From IMG/VR virus record IMGVR_UViG_3300028920_001457, positions 13,444 to 77,443 of that record: a stretch of 64,000 bases of DNA; one strand, given 5' to 3'. Below the pieces are notes generated by a model. The model ran no database searches, was not told where the DNA came from, and was given only the letters and a program-made list of their open reading frames with translations. The translations under genes and the position numbers were made by a program. Below are positions 57,200-64,000 of the stretch, piece after piece (position 1 is the stretch's first letter; each line of letters begins with the position of its first letter). Source of the DNA: a virus.

Positions 57200-58444
57200 A
57201 TGCAAATAGGACTAAGACACACCATGCGGGGTGAACCCGTGACAAAAATTAGCCAGGGCATCTCCTGGGATGCTTACTGGGCTTCACGACTTGATTTTTG
57301 GTATAAGGCTCGATCAGGTAATGAGTTTACAGAGTTTTATACTGATAATGCTTTTCCTGCAAAGATACTTCCGAGAGTTGCACAGATAACAGCAACACAA
57401 TATTTAAAATTAGATATTGCTGATTTTGCATCAACTATTACAAGCGGTTATGTTACTATTCGTTTTTGGTATGATGGATCAAGCACAACTCAGATATTCT
57501 TTGCTTCAGCAGATACGGCACTTACAACTAAATATTTTCAGCTTGGTATAATAGGAGGTAAATTAAGAGCTTCTGTAATTAATGCAGCTCCCGCAATCAG
57601 TAATCATTGTGCATCAGATGATGGGCTTGCAGAAGGATGGCATATTGTCAAATTTGAGAGTATAGGAGGACATTATCAGATAACAGTGGATGGTTCTGTT
57701 TTAACAGTGGGGTTGGGGTTGTCAATGCTAACTGGGTCTGATGATGGGAAATGGATAGGTGATGTACTTGATAGAGATAATATTACTGTTGGTGCTATAA
57801 AACGAACAGGCATTGGTTATAGCAATGGTGATTTTTATATTGATTATATTGATTTTAACAATACTAATAAATGGCATTTTGCCGAGACTAAAACAATAGA
57901 GATAGACATAATTGGTGATTTATTACTTACCTACCAAAATACAATAGGTGTATTTTGTGATGAAGGTGGTGGTTTTCATTATTTGAATGTTGGATTTTCT
58001 GTTTGGAAGAAAGATGGCTCATCAGATTGGATATTGCCATACACTTCCGCAGGTGTCCCTTATGATGATGGCGCAGGTTATCTTGCTGGACAGGGATATG
58101 CTAAAGATGCGGATTATGATGGTATAACAGATGGTATAATATATGGTTATGCTGCTCCAGCTTTAATTGGATTTAATGAGTCGGGCGATGCAGATTCAAG
58201 GCTTGAAATATTTGATAGGTCAAACACTACAAGACAAGAAGATATATCTCGATCTTCAGGCTATTACGATTCTACCTCCCTGGCAACTAAAAGTCGTTAT
58301 GCTTTAATAGAATGTCTATATATAGAAGATTTAAAAACATTATTCAAAACAGGATATAAAAACAGAATTTTCCCTGTTAATGATAATTTGGATAATCCAA
58401 CTAAAGTAACGGGATTCATGGTTGCAAAAACTGATTTAACATGA
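57200..58444 (+). CDS. tail-associated protein with LamG/concanavalin-like region
   Basis: DGLAEGWHIV...YQITVDG...ITVGA. Confidence 0.6.
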   Translation: MQIGLRHTMRGEPVTKISQGISWDAYWASRLDFWYKARSGNEFTEFYTDNAFPAKILPRVAQITATQYLKLDIADFASTITSGYVTIRFWYDGSSTTQIFFASADTALTTKYFQLGIIGGKLRASVINAAPAISNHCASDDGLAEGWHIVKFESIGGHYQITVDGSVLTVGLGLSMLTGSDDGKWIGDVLDRDNITVGAIKRTGIGYSNGDFYIDYIDFNNTNKWHFAETKTIEIDIIGDLLLTYQNTIGVFCDEGGGFHYLNVGFSVWKKDGSSDWILPYTSAGVPYDDGAGYLAGQGYAKDADYDGITDGIIYGYAAPALIGFNESGDADSRLEIFDRSNTTRQEDISRSSGYYDSTSLATKSRYALIECLYIEDLKTLFKTGYKNRIFPVNDNLDNPTKVTGFMVAKTDLT

Positions 58445-59526
58445 GTGACCTTTACAACATATTAACTGAATCAAAGAATCCCACGAATGTGATTCAATAT
58501 TCCACACAATATAATATCAGAAATCAACAGGGTTCTGTTATTAGATTAAATAATGGAAACTTATTGTGTGCGTGGACTTATTTTTTTGAAGAGGAAGAAG
58601 ACCCAAGTGAATCAGAAATATGGGCAAAAATATCAACTAATAATGGATTATCATGGGGCAACGCTTATCAGATTATAGCGATAGAAGTAGGAACAAATGG
58701 TGTCAGACATCCTTCTTTATTCCTAAAATCTAATGGGGATATTTTATTGGTTTGTACTTTAGAGGCTGATGATGGGTTATCAGCACAGGTAGTTCAATAT
58801 ATATCTTCTGATAATGGGGCTACATTTGGGGGTAAAACATCTATTTATTCAAGCTCTGACTATGAGGCTCCTGATTGTATTGTTTCAGCAAGTCATCGTA
58901 TTCTTGAAACAACAACAGGAAGATTAATTTATCCATTTCATATTCCAACAACAGCAACTCATGCTTCCGCTACCGGGATAATGGTTGTGAGGTTTATTTA
59001 TTCAGATAATCAGGGTGTATCATGGTCAATAAGTGCATCTATATTGGGAATAGCAAACCCCGTAGATGAACAATTATTGGCAGAACCATGTATCACACAA
59101 TTGCCGAATGGTAATCTATTGTGTTTAATGCGAACAAGAAGCGGATATGGAAGGATAAGTACATCAACAGATAACGGAGCAACATGGAGTAATCCACCGA
59201 CAAAATCTGGTACGCTTATAGAATCAAATGCTTCGGTTTGGATAAGTTATACAAATAATAAACTTATAGCAATAGTCAATAGGCCAGAAGGTGGAGTAGT
59301 TAATGGTGCAGCAGCGAGAATACGCATGGATTTATGGCAATCTGAGGATAACGGTGCAACGTGGTCATTTATTAAAAATCTACTTTATAAAGATGATGAT
59401 TATAACTTTTGTGAGCCAATAGTTTATGATAAAGGAACTGGGATATTAATGTTTTATTCATATTATCCCTACGGAACATCATATCAGGATTTAAGATTTG
59501 AACGATATAACTATTCTGAATTATAA
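58441..59526 (+). CDS. sialidase-like BNR/Asp-box beta-propeller
   Basis: five Asp-box-like repeats: STNNGLSW, SSDNGATF, SDNQGVSW, STDNGATW, SEDNGATW. Confidence 0.85.
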   Translation: MSDLYNILTESKNPTNVIQYSTQYNIRNQQGSVIRLNNGNLLCAWTYFFEEEEDPSESEIWAKISTNNGLSWGNAYQIIAIEVGTNGVRHPSLFLKSNGDILLVCTLEADDGLSAQVVQYISSDNGATFGGKTSIYSSSDYEAPDCIVSASHRILETTTGRLIYPFHIPTTATHASATGIMVVRFIYSDNQGVSWSISASILGIANPVDEQLLAEPCITQLPNGNLLCLMRTRSGYGRISTSTDNGATWSNPPTKSGTLIESNASVWISYTNNKLIAIVNRPEGGVVNGAAARIRMDLWQSEDNGATWSFIKNLLYKDDDYNFCEPIVYDKGTGILMFYSYYPYGTSYQDLRFERYNYSEL

Positions 59527-59566
59527 CACATGACAAACAAAGAAGTACACGAATAACAAACAAGCT

Positions 59567-60019
59567 ATGACACAAAGCGGAGACTACCGGAAATATCTTG
59601 AGTCGCAATTTGAAGGCTTGGCAAAGCATATAAACGCTGAATTTAAAAATGTACATGATAAGCTTGATGATATAGAGAAACAAACGAGGAAGACAAATAG
59701 CAGAGTTGATAATCTGGAAGCATGGAGGGATGAATTTGAAGGTGGACGCAAAGCTCGCAAAGCAATACTCACAACAGTATGGACGGTAGTGATTATAGCA
59801 TCTTCTCTTATGGCTATCTGGGGTGTTATGAAGGGTACGGATAATGAAAGAGAGATACAGACTATTGACAATAAGCTACGGGACAAACAGGACAAAGAGC
59901 CCGACAGCACAACCCGTGCGTTTAATCCTGAAGATTATGGATTTATGCCTATCACAGAAGATACACTATGGCTGAATCAGTTATATAAAGATACAGATAG
60001 ATTACTTAACAGAGACTAA
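59567..60019 (+). CDS. coiled-coil single-TM protein in the lysis region
   Basis: [15 protein letters not shown] followed by a TM helix. Confidence 0.6.
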   Translation: MTQSGDYRKYLESQFEGLAKHINAEFKNVHDKLDDIEKQTRKTNSRVDNLEAWRDEFEGGRKARKAILTTVWTVVIIASSLMAIWGVMKGTDNEREIQTIDNKLRDKQDKEPDSTTRAFNPEDYGFMPITEDTLWLNQLYKDTDRLLNRD

Positions 60020-60021
60020 TT

Positions 60022-60210
60022 ATGTGGCAAAAGATAAAAGATTGGTTTAAGAAGATTAACTGGTGGGCTGTCATAGATAGTCCTATTATGTTATATTTCT
60101 TTCCTTTGGCGGTCTTTACGGGACTTGTGTTTACATATCCCGATAGTGTCTTTGCGTGGCTGGCACTTATTTTGTGGATTACCGTCTTTGTAAGGAATTA
60201 TGGAAAATGA
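60022..60210 (+). CDS. small membrane protein
   Basis: two hydrophobic segments. Confidence 0.55.
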   Translation: MWQKIKDWFKKINWWAVIDSPIMLYFFPLAVFTGLVFTYPDSVFAWLALILWITVFVRNYGK

Positions 60211-60406
60211 ATATCCATATAAGCAGTGTGAGGTATGCAGGACTATCGCAGATTGTCCACACCCGTCTATAGCAGACGATATGATGGGCACCCCGATACC
60301 ACCACCCGAATGCCCCAAACCCATGGATGTAATAAAGGCAACAGCTAATCTAAGAAAGAAATGGCGGAATTTAAGATTGTTATATGGCGAAAGTACAAAG
60401 AATTAG
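60200..60406 (+). CDS. small Cys-containing protein
   Basis: CEVC...CP...CP. Confidence 0.5.
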   Translation: MENEYPYKQCEVCRTIADCPHPSIADDMMGTPIPPPECPKPMDVIKATANLRKKWRNLRLLYGESTKN

Positions 60407-60795
60407 AAACCGTTGGCTGTGCCATGGTTTTGGAAGATGACAAGGCGATATTCAAGTTCAACACCCTTGAGTTGCCCATGTTTACCATACCGCTGAATCT
60501 CAATACTGTGTGTACCAACTGTATCCCCGCCGGCACATACAAGACCACCAAGAGATATTCACCGACAAAAGGACAATGCTTTAAGATACATGATGTGGAG
60601 GGTAGGACGGACATTCTTATACATAAAGGAAATTATGCCGCAGGACGGCGAAGTGATACACAGGGCTGTATCCTGGTCGGGCGTGAGGTCGGTGATATTA
60701 ACCGTGACGGAAACCTTGATGTGGTGCGAAGTACAGAAACAATGGATATATTACTTGATATCCTGCCCGATGAATTTAAAATTATACTGATATGA
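60361..60795 (+). CDS. DUF5675-family putative endolysin (L,D-transpeptidase-like)
   Basis: TLELP...CIPAG.Y...GRTDILIHKGN...DT.GCILVG. Confidence 0.8.
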   Translation: MAEFKIVIWRKYKELETVGCAMVLEDDKAIFKFNTLELPMFTIPLNLNTVCTNCIPAGTYKTTKRYSPTKGQCFKIHDVEGRTDILIHKGNYAAGRRSDTQGCILVGREVGDINRDGNLDVVRSTETMDILLDILPDEFKIILI

Positions 60796-61001
60796 ATATT
60801 TCAACAAAGAACCTAAATAAGCCAAGTAGCAGGAAATGGAAGAAGGTGGCAGACATATTGCTTTATACACTTCCCTTATATCTTACGACGATATTAGCAT
60901 TACCCCTTTCCGAAAATGCAACACTATGGATTAACTTTGGTGTTACAATGACAATCGTGACACTCAAGGCATTTACAAAATTTACAAGCGATGAAACTTA
61001 A
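60792..61001 (+). CDS. putative holin
   Basis: basic N-terminus plus two TM helices, after the endolysin. Confidence 0.6.
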   Translation: MNISTKNLNKPSSRKWKKVADILLYTLPLYLTTILALPLSENATLWINFGVTMTIVTLKAFTKFTSDET

Positions 61002-61716
61002 CATTCCGACCAAATACGTCATATTAGCTATTTTAAGCGTGTTTACGGTACTTTTTGGTGTTGGGTGGTATGTAGGGTACAAAATAATGAAAAATCGCTT
61101 ACAGGCTACAGAAACACTCTTAAATCAAGAAATACTAAATCAGCGTATAGAAATAGACAAAAAAACCCTTTATCTATCAAGGACGGTACAGGAGCTCACC
61201 ACAGAGAAGAAACTACGCAAAGAACTTGAAATCACAAATCGTGATCTCAAGAAGATAAATATAAGTCAAGCCAACGAGATAACACAGCTTAAATTAAGAG
61301 TTGATACCCTTCTGGAGGGTATAACACATACCGGAGAAGTTATTGTCATACATGATACCGTAGCTGTACGGGACGTAAACTGTATTGTCCTACCCTTTGA
61401 ATTTGAAAAGAATGACGAGTGGTTGAGGCTCAAGGGTAAGTTTGATAGTCAGGGGGGGCTCGATGTAGACCTCGGTATGGATGTGTCGATAGATGTATTG
61501 ACGGGGCTGGATGAAAACAAACAGCCGTCATGTGTCCTGAAAACAGGAAATCCTTATATTGAAACCTTAAGTATTAATTCCTACAAGACCGATACGCCCA
61601 AGAAGAAAAAATTCGGTGTGGGCTTGCAAGCTGGCTATGGGCTTACATTGGATAAGTCACCACATTTCGCACCATATATTGGATTGGGATTGAGTGTTAA
61701 TCTTATACGTTTTTGA
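60991..61716 (+). CDS. putative spanin-like lysis protein
   Basis: N-terminal TM, coiled coil, C-terminal GVGLQAGYG...PYIGLGLSVNLIRF beta hairpin. Confidence 0.6.
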   Translation: MKLNIPTKYVILAILSVFTVLFGVGWYVGYKIMKNRLQATETLLNQEILNQRIEIDKKTLYLSRTVQELTTEKKLRKELEITNRDLKKINISQANEITQLKLRVDTLLEGITHTGEVIVIHDTVAVRDVNCIVLPFEFEKNDEWLRLKGKFDSQGGLDVDLGMDVSIDVLTGLDENKQPSCVLKTGNPYIETLSINSYKTDTPKKKKFGVGLQAGYGLTLDKSPHFAPYIGLGLSVNLIRF

Positions 61717-61719
61717 TGT

Positions 61720-62763
61720 TTATTCTAATTTAATAATCATTAATAGGTTTTCATCATCATTTATTTCCCCGCCATTTGTTGAGAGAGTATATGTTGAATC
61801 TGTATCTTCAATCCTTGTGCCGACTTCTATATAATCACCTTCTGATAATTCCATTATGCAATCAAGCCCCGGGGAAAGATTACCATACCCCGAACCCCTC
61901 GAATAATCTCTTACGGAACCAAGTCTTTGCGTAGAGCCACCATTAACCCTTATAATCCCATGTAGTGTGCTTCTCGCACCCCCACCCTGTTGAACATTCC
62001 CAACAAACCTTATTTGATACCAACCATTAGAATTTACTGTCACCCTTTCTGAGTTACTTGATGTACTATGTGTGAAATCAGAATCTTTCCTTGTCTCACC
62101 ATCCCATGTCCAATAAACCTCAGTACCATTACTACCCCCGACATTTTGATTTACCGAACTTGATTTAGTACATATTATACATGATAACGACCCGCCACCC
62201 ACGGCATGAGAGTGGCTGCTAATCTCGCCTGTTAATTTGGCTTCTATTTCTTCCTTTGTTATATCTGAATTTTTTTGTGCATCAGGAGGGGCATGTGCTG
62301 ATGCTACATGTGTCTGTATGTTCTCATTAGCTGGTTCGTAACCATGAGCATGGTCGTCAGGGGGGAATACCGTCGGCTTTCCATTAAGGGTATCCCACGA
62401 AGTGACATAACCCCACTGCAATAACACCCTGACCAATCCTCTTCCTGATTCAAGTGCTATACCGACTTTCAGATAGGGTGCATCGCCCGCCCTGGCAACC
62501 TTACAACCGCCAGCTGTTATGTTCTCTGATTTTTGTGTGCGTATTATATCGTTCCTTTTGACATAACTATTAACATACACATACGCCTCCCCCTGTGTTA
62601 TTATTTCTGCATATTTACGGTATGGTACTGCCTCGGCTATCACACCAAGGGCAGATGTGGCGTTGTTGCCTACATACACAAAAGAATCGGGTTTGTTGGC
62701 ATCTGTTTTACAGATATAACCCTTACGACTAACACTCTTTGTATTGTTTTTGTATTTAGACAT
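61720..62763 (-). CDS. fibre or decoration protein with C-terminal C1q/TNF-like domain
   Basis: HAH/HSH fibre motifs; VTVN..GWYQI...ELSEGDYIEV. Confidence 0.65.
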   Translation of the reverse strand: MSKYKNNTKSVSRKGYICKTDANKPDSFVYVGNNATSALGVIAEAVPYRKYAEIITQGEAYVYVNSYVKRNDIIRTQKSENITAGGCKVARAGDAPYLKVGIALESGRGLVRVLLQWGYVTSWDTLNGKPTVFPPDDHAHGYEPANENIQTHVASAHAPPDAQKNSDITKEEIEAKLTGEISSHSHAVGGGSLSCIICTKSSSVNQNVGGSNGTEVYWTWDGETRKDSDFTHSTSSNSERVTVNSNGWYQIRFVGNVQQGGGARSTLHGIIRVNGGSTQRLGSVRDYSRGSGYGNLSPGLDCIMELSEGDYIEVGTRIEDTDSTYTLSTNGGEINDDENLLMIIKLE

Positions 62764-63835
62764 CCCTTACAAGGCGTACATTAAGACCACAGTAGAAAAG
62801 ACAGGTATAAGGATATGTGAGCCATGCATCATCATTAGAAGCATATACTGAATAGCCCTCGTCGGCATCAAACGGTGTAGAAGTCCATAAATCACCATAA
62901 ACCCCCTGCATAGAAAAACCATGACCCGCGGGATTATCTATAAACCTGTTCCCACCGGAAATCCATTTAAAGCCATAGGTATCCGTTGCCCCAACATTAG
63001 GTGCAAGCCAGTGTACCGTACCTGTTTCCTTAAGGTGTCCGCCCATGGTTGTTATATCACCACCAAGAGCTAAGATAAGTGCAGACCAATCGGCAAGTGT
63101 TGATACACGCCAGCCTACTTCCTGTACGCCATTACGTTCAAGATATGGAAATCCATGTATATTACCAAGTGCATAGAAGTTATACAAACATCCAAGATGA
63201 CCATAGTTGGCTTCATCATTATTATAGTAAACATAAGCACCTGTGGTATCTGCCTGCCATAACCCAGGATCATCAATAAGAGCTATATCAGTACCATCCG
63301 CATAGTGTGTGACACGGTAATTCTCTACTATCCATTCCTGTGAGCCTATGGTGACGGTGGTATATGGATTGCCGTCATAGTCAAGGAGTGTAGAACCAAG
63401 GCTGAGTATTGCTTCTGCCGACAAAGCCACAAGGGTCTTTTTCGCCTGTACCTTAAAGGAATTTTCCTCAAGCATAACCCATGATGTGTCAAGGGGTGAG
63501 CCATTATAACGTGTGGCATATACCAATGAATCTGTTGGCACAACTATGTTTTCTGTTGCCGCCGTAGGGTCATTATTAATATATACAGGCAGTGTTATTG
63601 TCTTGGATACTGCGATATCATGTGCGGCTTTTATCGTTGCCACCGATTCATCACATTCCACATACGAGGGTTTGTCAATCCTGCTTAAGCTATAATCACC
63701 AAGATAAAACTTACTTCCTGTTCCTCTGACTGTCAGTTCTATGATTTTCGAGGGGTTGACAATAAATTCCCTGCCCCCTATGTCGGATGCACCTACGTGG
63801 TTCTTCCACTTTGTGATATTCAGACTTATGTACAT
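62756..63835 (-). CDS. FISUMP domain protein with N-terminal domain shared with 21581 and 22136
   Basis: DYDGNPY.TVTIGSQEW..EN, LKETGTVHW..PN.GAT, GLNVRLVRD. Confidence 0.85.
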   Translation of the reverse strand: MYISLNITKWKNHVGASDIGGREFIVNPSKIIELTVRGTGSKFYLGDYSLSRIDKPSYVECDESVATIKAAHDIAVSKTITLPVYINNDPTAATENIVVPTDSLVYATRYNGSPLDTSWVMLEENSFKVQAKKTLVALSAEAILSLGSTLLDYDGNPYTTVTIGSQEWIVENYRVTHYADGTDIALIDDPGLWQADTTGAYVYYNNDEANYGHLGCLYNFYALGNIHGFPYLERNGVQEVGWRVSTLADWSALILALGGDITTMGGHLKETGTVHWLAPNVGATDTYGFKWISGGNRFIDNPAGHGFSMQGVYGDLWTSTPFDADEGYSVYASNDDAWLTYPYTCLFYCGLNVRLVRDV

Positions 63836-64000
63836 ATTATAATCTTTTTTGCAAAGTTAAGGAATTTTGATGACAGGGCATAGTACCCCCTTGTGTGAAG
63901 TTTTGAATGACGTTTGATGTTCTTATTATTTCTTAATCGTTCTTTTCTTTAGCGAAATTCCTACTCACAAGCTCGAATCAGGGGTAGTAGGGGCGGGGGC

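Noticed and set aside
45560-63835. Diversity-generating retroelement targeting the two FISUMP domains
   Set aside because: No reverse transcriptase or adenine-variant template repeat is visible in the window; one could lie outside it.
1-64000. Stop-codon reassignment as in some crAss-like phages
   Set aside because: Long genes are intact in the standard code, all three stops are used, and there is no suppressor anticodon.

Overview
The window is a 64 kb segment of a Bacteroidota-infecting podovirus related to crAss-like phages. The host is inferred from many TAnnTTTG (-7) and TTTG (-33) promoters. About 1-14.7 kb (minus strand) holds many small early or accessory genes, an EndoVII-type nuclease, a lipoprotein glucosaminidase, a DNA methyltransferase, an SSB and a DUF4373-like initiator with iterons. 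About 15-24.7 kb holds accessory genes, a lone tRNA(CAT), structured RNA candidates and a TerD-like protein preceded by a triplicated RNA motif. 24.7-27.1 kb is an array of 25 tRNAs covering all 20 amino acids. 27.2-64 kb encodes terminase, portal, scaffold, capsid, tail, ejection/polyvalent proteins, receptor-binding proteins and lysis genes. Main finding: the tRNA array is split into three operons, each with its own promoter, a 20-24 codon leader peptide and a classical attenuator ending in an intrinsic terminator. From codon 4, each leader is an unbroken run of codons for the tRNAs in its own downstream operon, matched down to isoacceptor level. This suggests ribosome-stalling attenuation that switches on phage tRNAs when the matching host tRNAs become limiting. 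Protein family calls come from motif recognition by eye, not database searches.
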